Positions 15,001 through 29,733 of a DNA stretch of 64,000 bases are shown here, piece by piece. This stretch comes from Bugula neritina. Lineage: Eukaryota > Animalia > Bryozoa. The stretch's first letter is position 1; every line of letters begins with the position of its first letter. The notes beneath the pieces are model-generated. The model was not told the origin of the DNA, made no database searches, and saw only the letters and a list, made by a program, of their open reading frames with translations. Position numbers and translations under genes: made by a program. Where the stretch lies: NCBI GenBank assembly GCA_964035545.1, contig OZ037765.1, forward strand, positions 9,682,698 through 9,746,697, in the 5' to 3' direction.

Positions 15001-18000
15001 CGCAAATCTCATGTGTTGTCTGTGGAACTAAAGGAGCTACCCTCGGCTGCTTTAAACTGAGATGTCCAAATGTCTACCATGTCAGCTGTGCCTTCAAACA
15101 AGGCGCCATGTTTTTCCAAGACAAGGTAAGCTATAACATTTAGGTATATTTAATAATTTCTTGCTGGTAGAGTAGTCAAATTACTAGTATATTATGCTAC
15201 TATCATTGTACCAAGTTATCCTGATATTAAAGCAAGATTAAAGCTTAGATGTTGTAGTAACCCTCTTTATCAGGTAGTCCAAATATGTACTCCGTGTGCT
15301 AATATTTAATTAAGAAAACGAAATATCCTAATTCTATAGTGGATGTACTGTATTTCTTAGATCTATCCGGAATCGGCATGATTGTGAACACTGTACTTTA
15401 AGCTAACCCAATTCAGCTGTTAATTTAAAACTTATACTGCTAAAACCTCACTGTTATACTGTGTATCTGAAAATTTATGATGGCCAAGTTATAAATTAAA
15501 TAGTCAAGTTTAAAAATTTACAAGCAGTAAGTGCCTTTAAATTACTGTTTTTGCAAGTTGAATTTGCTTAGAAATTTCTGAAGTCAGGTTTTTAACTTAT
15601 TAAATACTCGCCAAATAAACACAAACTAAATCTTTTCTTATTGTAGTATATTTTCCCTTAATTCTTTAAAGATAAAATTGATGTATTTATAACCCCATAT
15701 ATATGCTATCTCCATTTATTGTAAACCAAATATAGGTAGTGTGGTTTGTTTTGAGATAAAAACATAACACTTCACAAATATAGTTCATTAGTATATTTAT
15801 TATGAAGTAGGGTTTTAGGCAAAGTATTATTTTTATGTCAATGACAAAATAATATGTAATATGAATTGTTGAATACTTAAAACATTTATTTTCATATTTG
15901 ATATCAACATGTTTTGTTATATGAGTGGGAAATGTTTCATCATTAAGTTTCAAGCAAAACAATTTTGCCTACTTTCAATGATGATATAATTGTAGACTAT
16001 TTTGTGCCCGGTGCATATGCCCAAAGAGTCACCTGAGCAGCTGAAGCAACTAACGGTCGCTAGAAAAGTCTATATAAACAGAGATGAGTCTTTGCAAATA
16101 GCCAAGTAAGAGTATATTATGATTTTTATAGTCATTGATTTCGTTCCTTCATCTAATTAATATGTACCACACTTGGCTTAAGTTTATCAAGTTTGGTTCA
16201 ATTAAGAGAGTTCTATATAGGACTTTCTGTTTCTTGAAATACAGCTGTTTGAGATCTCCAGGCAACGTGGCTTTTTCTTGTATTTATTATGAATTTGCTG
16301 TAAAATATAAACCCAGAGTTTAGCCAAGATTAAATTTTATTACTCACAATTTTTTATATTAGAGCTTGCTACAGTTTATAATTCATATTTTATATTAAAG
16401 TTTGCTTGTATTTGTACTTGAACCTTGTGAGACCACATGTCTACTTTGTGCCACAAAGTTCAAGTCTTTTGCAAGCAACTTTCTTTTATAATATTTCATA
16501 ACACAAATGTTTGTCTATAATATAGCCTAAACTAACTAAATTTGGTTTTAATGTTGTGAGAGTTTGAAGTTGTGAAGTTTTAATTGTTAACAAAAATATC
16601 TTGTAATAAATCAATTAAATGCTTCTTTTTGCATTACCATAACTTCTAAAAAGTTCATAGCAACCAATAATTTAGTTTGTATTGAAAGGAAAAAACTTCT
16701 TCACACTTTTCATATGCTTTAATCATTTATTTATTACACATTTACTATATTTATTTTACCTGTCTATAGGAAATATTATTGCAAATACTACACTCTCTCA
16801 CCAATTGTTTTCTTACCAATTTATTTGATATTCTCTTTATGGAGCTTGAACTGTTTGCTAAACAAATGTACATTCTGTACTATTATAAAAATGTTAAACT
16901 TACCCCTGATTCATTTTTATATCCATCGAATTGCATTGTTGTGCTCGACTTCTTGTTTGTGTTATTAGCTTTTGGCTTGATGTCATTAAAAGATTCTTCT
17001 ATTTCTTCATCATAACTCATGCAAAATAACTTTCTCCAAAAAATAAACCAGCATGAAAGTTGCATAACTTTATTCCGGAACAATCTAGTAATAGTTATTA
17101 TTTGCAGTCACTGTCAATCAGATTGAGGCTCACTAGATGTTATGACGCGCTGTCACTGATTGTTAACGTAATGTGAAGTTAAAATTACAATCAGAATTTG
17201 TCGTACACTATAAAACTGTATTTTCATTGTTGGGGCTGTTTGCAGTGCTGTGAGGAATGATGAAAAGCAATGCTCTGTTCGTATTGGCGCCGTTGTGTAC
17301 TATAGCATTGGTCAGCTGTTCACCCACCAGCTACTTACTGGAAGATTCCATACACGAGACTACATCTACCCGGTTGGCTATAGATGTGTTAGATTCTTCT
17401 GGAGTATCAGACAACCTAACACGAGGTTAATGTCTTTTCATATCATTGGTGGATATTGTTTAACCAAATATGTTGGAATTTATTTTACATAAAGTGTCTG
17501 CTCTGTTTCACAGATGCTATGCTTTTACTGTTGAAAACCAACTTTAGTATCCTGAAGATAATGGACTTGCTTGCCATAATAACTACTAACATGGTTAACT
17601 TGGAATGCTCATATTCAGTATTTTAATTTTTGCTCTTGTTTTACAGATGCTGCTATGAGTGTAGCATTGTGGAAGGGGATGAAGGCTCTCCTCTATTTGT
17701 TATAACCATGAAAGAGACCGGTTACCCTAATAAGGTATACCAAGCCTCTAATCCTAAAGATGCTTGGACTAAAATATTGGATGTAGTAGATAGCAAGCGG
17801 AGAATAGAAGATTGTGTCAAGATATTTCCAGAGTACCTTAGCGGAGAGTACATGTTTGGACTGAAAGAGCCTGCCATTATTAGAATTATTGAATCGGTTA
17901 GTTGGTTTATTGAACGTTTCTTGTTTTTAAGAAAACTTGATTGAAACTTTTACAATAATGAAAGTTGTTTTTCTGTTTTATTTCATTTGTCGATATGTGC

Positions 18001-19124
18001 ATTGGTTTGTATTGCTTATTCTAGCTTCCTGGTACTGAACTTTTGGCGGGTTATGCTTTCAAGTTTGGTAAGACACAGCTGATAGAGATGCCACCTGCCA
18101 TCAACCCTACTGGTTGTGCTAGATCTGAGCCCAAGTTGCGAACACACTTTAGAAAGTGAGTTGTCTGTTGCCGCAGTTCTGAATCACTTCATCTACTATA
18201 TTTTGTCTGACCTAAAACCAACGATTTTTTTGTCAATGGAATATCCTATTGTCATACTTACTATTCCAAGGTTTTTTTACTTGTTGAAGGCCCCACACAC
18301 TACAATCTAACAACCCAAGATCTCATGTAGTACCCAGTATGACTACTGTTGCTTTGCCTGCTGATGCCAACTCTCCTTATCATAAGCAGTTTGTGCATTC
18401 AAAGTCGCAGCAGTATAGAAAGCTGAAGAATGAATGGAGAAACTATGTGTTTTTGGGCCGGTCCCGTATCCAGGTATGTTGCTGCACTGCACTACAATCT
18501 CTTGGTCTTGGTTGTTACTTATTGATTATCGTTAGTCTTTATTCCATTTTTTGGTATAATTTATTCTTCTGTTGCTATTAATATATTTTACATGTGTTAC
18601 AGCAGTTAATTCACATGTCGGGTAAATTTTTTTTACCATTTTAGGGATTGGGTATGTTTGCTGCTAGAGACATTGAAAAGCACACCATGGTTATAGAATA
18701 TATCGGGGAAGTTATAAGAAATGAACTGGCCGAGTATCGAGAGAAGATATACAATGAGCATAATCGGGGTGTGTACATGTTCCGCATTACTGAGGATTAC
18801 GTAATAGATGCAACCATGTCTGGTGGACCAGCCAGGTATATCAACCATTCATGCAACCCCAACTGTGTGACTGAAACTATTCAAATGGATAAAGATGTGA
18901 AGATTGTCATCATCGCTTTAAGACGCATAGCCAAAGGCGAAGAGGTAAAACATTTTTAGTAAAGCATATATGTATTTGTATTCACGTTTGCAAATATTTC
19001 AATTTGTATCATTGGCATTGTTTTGTTGCAGCTAAACTACGACTACAAGTTTGCTCTCGAAGATGATTCTAGCAAAATTCCATGCAACTGTGGAGCCAAC
19101 AATTGTAGAAAATGGATGAATTAA
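1..19124 (+). CDS. KMT2C: Histone-lysine N-methyltransferase 2C/2D (MLL3/MLL4, trithorax-related), 3' portion; multi-exon, 5' end lies outside the window
   Basis: Spliced exons encode LxxLL motifs (LQDLL ~2857, LKRLL ~8770), an extended PHD finger (CTLCHQTGDG...WVHLNCALWSTEV, 14670-16105), FYRN/FYRC regions (17246-17896), the WIN motif GCARSE (18112-18129), the SET domain GLGMFAARDIEKHTMVIEYIG...GPARYINHSCNPNC (18645-18944) and post-SET CNCGANNCRKWMN* (stop 19122-19124). The SET sequence and RYINHS match recalled KMT2C/D rather than MLL1/2 or SET1. Likely co-ortholog of KMT2C and KMT2D. Confidence 0.95.
276..810 (+). repeat. Coding tandem repeat: ~13-aa (39-bp) units with a SPH core (xVPGSPHPxxxGx) in KMT2C/D
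   Basis: 14 SPH motifs in the 66..887 frame. A near-exact 78-bp-period duplication lies at 459-530 / 537-608. Confidence 0.9.
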
Positions 19125-19801
19125 AATTATCAAATCACCCTCATTGATCAGGATCTTTAAAGAGAAATACAACCTTTTGTCCCATAACCTGATATTGAAG
19201 AAAATTGACTCATGGTAACACCCAATCTCTCCACTTTCCTACTAATCTGCTCCCTTAAAATACAATGGAAGCTTCAAATAATTTAAGCTCCAATGTCCTC
19301 TTTATCATGTATTTGCTGAATTAGTTTTATTTTGTAATGGATGCCCTTATAATAATTTTTTATTCTAGTCATGTGTGTTCTGTAGTTTTCCTTAAGCTAG
19401 AGTTGGTAAACTATGAAGTTTATAAATTGCTTCATGTTGTAATTTAACAATCAAACTCACAACTATTTTTGCAGTCTTAGACTGATGATCTGTCTGTTAA
19501 TATAATCATGTATATTATGTATGATTAGGAAGAACTATGTAGATGTAAGCTCATTCAATTAATATTAAAATATTTAGTAACTAGTGCCAATATATTATTA
19601 TACATAACATTATATTTGTACATAAATATCAAATCTTACACCATACTTATTTACTAGCTGTACAATATCAAATATGTTCAAATACAATAAACAAGTGGAA
19701 TAATATAATAATGCGATGTTAATAGGTAATATTTAGGTTACAGCAAGAATACAGTCTTTATTTACACTACATGCAGCAATCCTCGGTCTGAAAATAGTAA
19801 A

Positions 19802-22800
19802 TTATTGAGGATCAGGTGGTGGTATGTTTCCTGAGGTATTCATGGGCTGCATGTTGCTTTGAGAAACCATTGGAGCCATATTACCTACTGGGGGAATACT
19901 AGACTGTGAGCCCATGGGTGGCATATTGGGTTGGCCTGCCATTAGAGGCATGTTAGGTTGACCACTCATCTGTGCCATTCCCGTTGGCATAGCTTGGTTA
20001 TAGTTCATTGGCTGGGAAGGTGTTTGCCCATCAACAGATGAAGGTGGCATGGAAGGAGGTGGTACAGGAGAGTTGGCCATTGCTGATCCTGGCATTGTGT
20101 TATGCGGCATCATAGGTTGACCAGAAGGCTGAGACATGGCAGGGCCTGCTGGTGGTCCTTGGGGCATCATTTGAGGTCTAGCTTGCTGTGGAGCAGGAGA
20201 AAGTGGCATAGAACCCAGGGGCATCTGAGAAGTTGCTGGAGGCATGCCACCCATAACCTGTCCCATAGGTGGAGCTCCTGGCTGAGGCATCATGGGGGGC
20301 CTACCAACTGGTGCCATACCGCTGGTAGACATCATAGGAGGCATGCCTGCTGATTGAGAAGTAGGATATGAGTTCATGCTAACTGGTCCAGATGAAACCT
20401 GGTTGCTGCCAGAGAAAGGTATAGTTGGTGAGTTGGTGCTGCCCATCTGTGCAGGAGCTATGCGCTGCTGTGGCATAGCTTGTGTAGGAGTAGGGCGTAT
20501 AGGGTGAGTAGGACCCTGATTGCCTACTGGTCTGCCCATCTGAGATTGGTCCATCATCATACCCTGGTGAGAGCTCTAAAATTTTAAAGTAATAATGCCA
20601 AACAAAGTTGCATTAAAAAATTTGTGCAAATTTCAAATTGAGGTTTTCTAAAAACTAATGAATACCTGAAGTCCCCCAGGTTGTCCTGGCAACATAGGAG
20701 GTGCACCACCCTGGCCCTGCATCATGGGAGGTCCGCCCATCTGGCCAGGCATTGGCGGTCTATTCATAGGTTGCATATCTGCTGCAGACATGGGAAGTGA
20801 GGTATTGACTGTAGTTAAGCCTATAATGCAAACCACAGCTATTGGAATCTCAAATAACGCCAGATAAAAGTTCCAAATGATGTAATTTAGAGAATAACCA
20901 ACAAACCTGTTGGCTGCTGTGTTGAGGGATGGGGGTGCATTGCTCCGGCTACTTGGGGGTGCATCAGGGTTGCTGTAGGGGGCATTGGTCCAGTTTGGTG
21001 AGGGTTAGGATCTGAAATGAATAGCAAAATTGGAATAACTCATCAGTCCAGCTGAGCTAAATGGCATACGCAAGAATTTAGGTTCAATAAAATAATTGGG
21101 GTAAGCAAAGAGTTGGCCAAAAACTCGGTCAATTCACAATAAATTGAGCCTTTCAGACTTGAATCAAGCAGGTATCCAAATAGTAGGTTATATATTACAG
21201 GCAGTAGAGAACATGAAATTTTCAGTTTCTTAGCTGTAACAAGTTATAAAATAAGTTACTCTCACCAGTTTCAGCCTGTGGAGGTGGTCCAACTTGTTGT
21301 CTAGCCAGCTGCGCAGCACGCATGTCGAACTGCTTGAGCATTTCCTGGTGGAACTGCTGTCGTTCTTGAAGTAGTTGCTGCCTTTGATACTCCAACTACA
21401 AAATGTTACAAACCATTCATCATCACAAACCCTTGACACGGCACTGCAATATAAAATAATATGTCGAGCAACAGCGACTCACTGTTTCCCTTTCTCTGTC
21501 CATTATTGACTCCAATTCTTCAAAGTGCTTTAGTTTAATTTCGAGTTTCTTCATCTGCGTTTCTACCAGGAGAGCCACTGAGCTCTTTATCCGTTTCTCT
21601 TCTATTGAGGCCAAGTGCTGCAGGCATTAACACATCACAGCTCAAACATTTTAAAAATTATATAATGAAACAAATATTTAGGAACAGTATTTCTAATAAG
21701 ACATCAGGAAAGTTTTATTGACATACCTTAGCTTTCACGGCAGCGGCTGAAAGAGCTTCAGCAGCTGCTGCCTGCAGAGCAACTTCATCAGTCACCTCAG
21801 CAGCAACAGAGGCGGGTGGAGTTGCATCCTCTTTGGAAACAGATTCCCCGGACTTTTGCGTGTCACTCATCTCTCGCTTCTCATTCTCATCAGTTTCCAT
21901 GGCGGTTGACTCACTGGCAGCAGCTTTAGCAGCAGCAGCAGCCGTTGATTCACTAGAGTCTTCACTTTCCCCTGCTAACACACAATTAACAACCTGAACG
22001 TGCTACAGGCAAAATTCAGCTTTGAAATAAAAATGCTGCAAACAAATTTCAATACAACGTAAAGGTGCCATTGAGCTACCCCCACCAGTTCAGCAATCTC
22101 TTTATATAAATTATGTAAAATTAAAAGCAGCTTTTAACACAAAAGCCTATTCTTAGTAGCAAATAATCGCAATAAAAGCCCAATAATTTCATTTGCCATC
22201 TAAATCAAATGTACACAAACAAGCCAGTAAGCAATTGCAGCCAGATAATTAAAACATTATACAGAAAACTTTCAATTTGAATATTTCGCAAGTGGATTGC
22301 CATGTTGATGAAGAAAAGATAAAACCACTCATTATCCATAATCATTTAAAGTAGAAAAATATTATGAAGAGTTAAAATGAATAATTATTTCAAAGAGAAA
22401 AGTATTCTGAAAAATTTTTTTTTTTGCAAAATAAACTTTAAATCAAGGTAAAGACAAGAAAAATTACTGATAAAATGTAAATAGTAAGTACAACTGTTTA
22501 TTTTAGGTCTATTCAATATCAAAATATGAGCACATTCCACAAGAACTGCTCAAGACAATTAAATTCAATAATTTATTGCGAGTCGTACACAATAAGTTCA
22601 GTAGACAAAGCCTGCATACAGCATTCATGACAGTAAGTTCCCTAGAAAGTTCTTTAATGGAACTCTCACATAAAACATGTCAAAAGCCAAGTTGTGCACA
22701 AAACTTGTAACAGTAAAATTGTCATAAATACAATGACCTACCACCAGTAGCACCAGCAATCAAAGTCTTTTCTAATCCAAACGTTGGGTCTTTTGTTTTC

Positions 22801-25800
22801 CCTTCTTTCACAGCTTTCTTAAACGACTTGATGTGTTCATCCAGCAGATGAGGTGGCACATCATCTTTCATTTTAATAAATTCCTCTAAAAAACAAAGAT
22901 GTTGCTTAAATTCTTGTTAAAACTAGAGAAATATTTAAAAGTAACTGCAAGCTTTATTGCATAATGCACCTCAGTATGAAGCAAGGAATGACGTACCCAT
23001 GGCAGCTTTAGAGGCAGCAAGGGCAACTTTAGGGTCAACCAGTGAGGCCAAATATGCGACGGTGGACATGACGGGATTTCCAGCTTGAGAAAATGGGGTA
23101 GGCTGGAATGCCAAAGGCCCCAGGTGATCTCCCATTCCACCTTTTTCGAGAAATCCGTCTTCAATAGGCAGTCGAAGGAAGTGTAGAATGCATTCGTCTT
23201 GAGTTTTAGTACCCACATGTTCCGACACCTGAAAGAGAGACTCTTATATAACTCATCTATATTTTATATACAATACATGATAACAATTACTGGAGAGCCT
23301 AGAAGGACATATTCTGTGAAACTGTGGTATTTGTGAGTTGATGAGCGGCTGTATGCCTAGAGAGTGGTTAAACTGTTCAATTTAGACTACATTGTATTAT
23401 GAGCCACACGTCATACTATTAAACTAGGCAGCACACACTACTCCACCTTATTCCAGTCATCCTTGTACATTTCAAGTCCCTCTAGAAGTAGCAGCACCTC
23501 CTGGTCAGTCCACTCCTTGTGTCTACTATCCCCTTTCTTGTATATTTCAGTCTGCAGGCCCAGTTTGCCGGATATTGGTGGGACATGGGAGGCCTGCTGA
23601 CTAGCACCATCTGTCTTCCTATCTACATCTGACTGGCTGGATGGAAGAGCAGATGATTTGGAGGCAATGTCTTCGGTCTCCAGCTCAGATGGTAAGCCAG
23701 CAGACGGCAATGGTGCGGGAATATTCCCAGCGCCATCCTTAGGCTTAGCTGCATCTGCTATAACACAGATACACAAAATTGAATCTCAAGCTACAAGCCA
23801 TCTTAACTTGTGAGGATATATTTGTGGAACTTTCAGCAGACCACCCTCAACGTGAGTGTGTAGTCTGAGAGCAGTTTGAACTCAGTACTATTCCTGGCAG
23901 GAACGAAGCTCCCACCAGAACTAGTTCAGTATTAGCATGGCTACTCATCATCAAGTTCCAACTATTAACCAGGCAATTGAAATCAACAGAAAAACAATAA
24001 TTGATAAAAAATGAATAATGTAGGCTACAGTATGAAATAATACAAGTCCTTCCACAGCTGTGATTAGCATCAGATCTTACTTGCAGCAAGTTGTACTGGT
24101 TGAGGAAGGACAGCGTTGATTGGTTTAGCCATAGACATCTGGTGGACACGAGGTGGATCTACTCTGCTGAGACCAGAAGGGGTGTCAGCGAGAACACTGA
24201 AGTGAGAGGTGGAAGGAGGACCCATGGGCAGCACTCTGTTCTCTGCACTCACCTGGTAGTTGATGAGACCCCACTGCTCTAGGAATGCATGCACCCTACA
24301 ACACCACAGAACCATCAGCCCCAGTCTATGAGAAGCTCTGAGCAGCTAGTGCTGAGTTCAGACTATGTGACACAGGCGATACATATTTCTCTCACACAAG
24401 TGGCAATATCATGATTAGACATGGGAATGATTTCTTCAACACCATAAAAATGCAACATTCACTAAAAAGCCCAGCTTCAACATGACGAGAATAGACACAA
24501 CCAAGGTTGGGGTCAATTACAATTACTAATTACCTCAACCCTAGATACAAAAGATCTATAGCAGGTGTTAGTAGATGCATGTACCTTGTAATGGAACACA
24601 CGTCGCCAGCTAAGTTCCTGCGACACGCAGTGCTAGTCAAGTATTCAATAGGATTCAGTCGATAAGTATCCAGCATGAAGTTTCTATAAGCAATGTATCT
24701 ACAAATATAAAGTAATACAACACGGTGTGTGAGTAGAGTGTTTAGGTGAGAGCAGGTTGTATGATAATATAATGTTTAACTAATTCTATCAACCAACAGT
24801 CATATATTTACTGGACACACTATGTATAGATTGCGCAGTGTTATGCTCACTAGAAACATAAAATCCTAACTTTGCTCCTACACTGAATATCTGACCAGTT
24901 TCATACTATCATATTTAACGGTGAACAAGTCGAGTGGCTGACTGTAATCAAGTGTCCTCTTTTAGAAAAGGCTTTAGTGATTAATACTTTTATAGGCAGC
25001 ACAAATCATAGTTGAACTAATGAATGAACACTAAAAGCATTATAGCAAATATAAAAGACAAGGTTTAGTACAATGATCCTATCAAACTGATATTTTTGCA
25101 GCAAGTGTCAATGGTTTCAAGTTGGCAACAGCTAGAATATCAGCTCAATACCTTTCAATAAATTAATTTCATCAACTTTGTAAGTGTATTTTGAATGAAT
25201 GGAATTTATCAAAAGGTTTTTCTTGGTATGTTATTAGCCAGGTACAACATGTTCAAATGTTTATGATACTTACACCTCCGGGGTTTTGGATTTATTCTTT
25301 TCATTAAAAAACTCGGGCAGACCTCTCTTCTCAATTCCGTTGATACAGTTGTAGTCAAACCAGGCAGTGTAGCTGGGTATGATGATATAGTGGGTCTGAT
25401 CCACAGCAGTCTCTTCGGCCGGCTTAGCTGGAGCTTCTTTAGTATCGGCAGCACCGGCAGCTCCATCATCTCCAGACTGTTTGGGCTCCGAAGCTGACTC
25501 AGCGGTCTACAACAACGCCAACAGTCACTCTGTGTCCTAAACTTGAGATGACGCAACATCAACCAACAATACCAGCTGAAACAACTCACCACCTTGTCTG
25601 CATCTGGTTGAGGTTCAGGATTAACTTTCTGTTTGCTGTGAGGAGCTGCGTCTGTGGACGTGTTTGCTGGTGGCACTACACTAGATGACTCGGCAGCCTC
25701 CCCCGTGTCCTGCATGTCCGTAGTCTCCTCGTTCTCTTCCTCTTCTTCAGGGTCTTCGTGAGTGGCTTCGTCCTTGACCTTCTTGCTGCCTGAACTCTTA

Positions 25801-28800
25801 GACTTCTTTGTGCTAGATGCTGACTTGGAACTAAAACACATTAATGAAAATATATCAACATTTTAACAGACTAGCTGATCACAACTTGGGTCTAGTCAAG
25901 TTGAAAATCACAAAAAGTGCCAACCTTTTAGGGGCTTTAAAGACAACTTCGGTGTCAAGATACTCCATAATAGCCGACATATTGCCTTTAAATCCTCCAG
26001 TCATGTAGAACTCTCCACCTTCCTTAGCAGCAGACTCTCTATTGGTGTTGCCTTTCGACTGAGCTATCTCCCAAAATTTATTTACAAACTTTTCATAGAA
26101 GCCTTGAGCTTTAGGATAAATAGGAGGAAGCAGTGCAGATGTGGTAAGGGTGGGGACACTTCCTTTTGAACTGCTACAAGCATATCAATATGTGGTTTAT
26201 ATCAACACAGGAAGATTCATACACTGGAAACATAAAAAATATATTAAAATTATTGCTTCCGAAAGCTATCTTAATACAGGCTTAGAGAATTAACATACTT
26301 TTTTTACTCAAGTTCAACATCTTGCAACACAGATAAACAAATGCATTACTAGGTGCTGTGTTCTAATGATATCAAAAACCTGGAAATTGTAGAAGTGAGA
26401 CAGGACTGTTCTAATCAGGATACAAGTTTTCAGCATCAATATTATAACTAATTCACCTTTTTTTAGATTTCTTTTTATCCACAGCTGGTGAAGAAGTAGG
26501 ACTGGGGGTTCGCTTCCTTTTATTGCCTTTTTTCTTTTCCCTCTTTTCCTCCATACTATTCAATATATCTTCAGGAGTCACTTTCGTCCTGTCTCCATTC
26601 CCTTTACCTTTCTTACCAGATGCCTATCATACAAGTCATAAGAATAGTTCAACAGAAAAAAACAACAACGTAGGATTTGTCAACAGTATTGATGTTCCAA
26701 CCAGAAATGCATTCCTATAATTCAACAAGAACTTTTATTCTTGGAATTTAAAAATATAAAAAAAAATCAGCAATGAACAAATTCAGCTGCATACCTCATC
26801 TATAAGATAATCTTCTTCATTCAACCATTCATTATAGATGTCCAAATGCTGCAACCATCTAGCATCAACCTACAAGCAACAGTAACCCTAGAAGTCCCCA
26901 TTAAACTATTGGAAGAAATGAAGAAACAAAACACAGCACTTATGGTTGAAATATCCCACAAAAGGTACGTGAAACTTACCTCCCACGCACCACCTGGATC
27001 ATATTTGTCATCAATTTCCAGGTCAATATATGGCTCTGTAACCCAGGTATCATAACTATCCGGTGTATACCACCAATGTAGCATAGTATTTCTCTCTCTT
27101 TTGAAAACAGGTCTTATATAATTATCTAAAAAAAACACCACATTCATACCTAATGAAACCAGCTAATTCAGAACTGCCACAGAACCAGAGTCCTGCAATT
27201 ACTGATAGAATCCTGATGGTCCGCAGTCATTAAGCAAAATTTCATTAAAAATAAAACTACTTCAGAAAAAAATTAAAATTTATTGGGCTTATTTAAGGAG
27301 TGAAAAACTGAGTGTAACATGTACACCAAACAACTTTTAATATTTCATTGGTTAGCTAATAGAGCTTACCAACTCCCCAGTGTCTCAAACTTGATGGCTT
27401 TCCGACTGAATTGAAAAATTGAAAAAGAGTTTAGAAATGGATCACTGGCAATATAGATAATTCAAATAACATTATTAGAATCAATTTGTAGCAGTTACTT
27501 TAGTCAACAATTTATATAAAATAACAGCATAGCAATGCAGGCAGATAAAGTATTCAGTGCAACCACCTTCAAACTGGCTTACTGGGGTTCGGGATTCACT
27601 CAACTCTCACTGATTCACCGAACTCTCACTGATACACCCGACACTTGGTTTGTACTGTGTGAACATTTCAGCTGCTCATAATTACTATAAAAAACCTCCA
27701 CATCTTGGCAAATTGCACTGAGATAGTAATATATACACATACAACACAAGATAGTAAAATAAAATACACACGGGCAGCATCATTGCTCGCTGTGTCTGGA
27801 ATTGGGTACACAATGTGTGTGGCGTCGTCTTCAGAACTAACCAATACACCTTGATGTCTTTTTACTATATCCTTGAGTTGGGCTGAGAGCTCTTCGTTCA
27901 CATCCTTTTGTATAAATATCTACAAAAGTCACATAGATGCATAGAAGACACAATCCTGACAAAAGCCACATAGATGCAGATGAATTTTTTACCTTACATC
28001 AGGGATGCAAGACGGTTGATCAATGCGAAGCAGATCAAAAGCTATAAATTTAGATGGGATGCCTTTCCAAAACTCAACACTTGCAAGAATTTAATCATTA
28101 GCCTGGCACACCATGCTAGAGAAATACCCTTAGCTGCTAGAGTAACACCCTGAGCTGCTAGAGAGTCAGTTTCTAGAGGATAGAGCACTATTTCACTTAG
28201 CAGACTAAAACCAGTTAACAAAATTATCTATCAGACACTATCAATAATCACTCTGATCTAATCAAGATTCATCCAAATTTAGTACTTCCTAGTGTAAATA
28301 CATGCACACGTCAACCAACACACTTGTTAGGTTAATAATGCAGCGCGTACCTGAGGAGTGGGCAAAAATTCTTGAGAACTTTGTTGAAGACTTTTTTCTA
28401 TTTGAAGAAACATTTCAACATTTCTGTCCACTCTTGATGGGTTAGGAAAATCAAATCGCCTCCTGAAAAAAAAGCAAAATATATTGAGCCTTGAAATTAT
28501 TCACAGCATTGGAGTTTGAGAACATTGCTGCAAAACAAAATATAACAGAAAACATACCAGCCTTGCTCAGTTTTAAACTTATAGACTGCTGCTAATACAT
28601 GGCAAAGAGAACCTCCGGACTTGAAATCCATGAATAAGGATATCTACAAGGAAACATGTAGTGCTTATGGCAGGCTTCGAACTATTAGGTGCCAGTACAC
28701 AGTGCAATAATTTGGTGCTACACGCACGCACGCTTATTAGCAACCAAAAGTAGTTTTAACAAGAGTGGAAAACTTAAATGAACTAGAACTTGTTCGACAT

Positions 28801-29733
28801 AGTTATGAATAAAAATGTAGACTTGTAGACACTCACAGGTAGTTTAGTTAGCGGGGCATTGTTCACTTTTCTTCCAAAATGTTCCTCTTGAAACTGGAGA
28901 AGGGAGACAACCAGACTAGCCAAGTTTTTGTTAGTAATTGGCTCTCCAGTTTGAATGTACTGAAAATGCATCATAAACAAATTGAACATTTGAAACTGAA
29001 ATTAAAGTTAGTATAAGAAAAAAAAATGTTAGTCTACATAAATGATTATGCAAATATCTTAACCACAACCAAACGCTGTAAGCAAGTTGCCATTTTATTT
29101 ATGATCCAACACTTCTACGTTTGCTAAATTCAATAATCAGTTCCAAAATTGAAGAATAACTTTATCAGACAGACAAAATAATTGCCAAATAGTCATAGTG
29201 ATTCCACCATTTTCAAAAATATAAACTTTATTGATAGTATAATGAATGATAAGATGTCCTAATTTAATTACTCATCATTGATAGTTAAAAATATTATTGT
29301 GAAAAACAATGAAAGAAAAACAGTCAAATACGACTTTTAGTTTTAATTGAAATATACCAGAATGACAATTACTAATTATTATAAATATTAATAATATTCC
29401 TTCTGATATTGATAATGATTATAATCACCATAAATTAATTCAAATTTGAAGTATTAAACTCGGAGACAGATATTGATAGCGAATATCATTGTCATTATGA
29501 TTATAATCGCTATCTCAAACTCAATGTCAAACCCCATCTGTCTCTGATGCTTCAAATTTAAATTAATTTAGTGGTACAAAAGATCGTTGAAGTTTTACTA
29601 ATAATTTTAATTTTATTACCTTTTTGCAGTTTCTTGTTAACCAACTCCTTACACTATCAAATTGGGAGACGGTTTCCGCTGATTCAAAGTACCTTTGATT
29701 AGGGCTGCCATCATCTTTTTTTATGAGCACCAT
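19802..29733 (-). CDS. SMARCC2: SWI/SNF (BAF) complex subunit SMARCC1/2 (BAF155/170, moira); multi-exon
   Basis: ATG at 29733 ([32 protein letters not shown]). N-terminal module ([23 protein letters not shown]), SWIRM ([12 protein letters not shown]; [16 protein letters not shown]), SANT ([23 protein letters not shown]; [21 protein letters not shown]), coiled coil ([31 protein letters not shown]) and a Pro/Gln/Met-rich tail to the stop at 19802-19804. Probably co-ortholog of SMARCC1 and SMARCC2. Confidence 0.96.
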
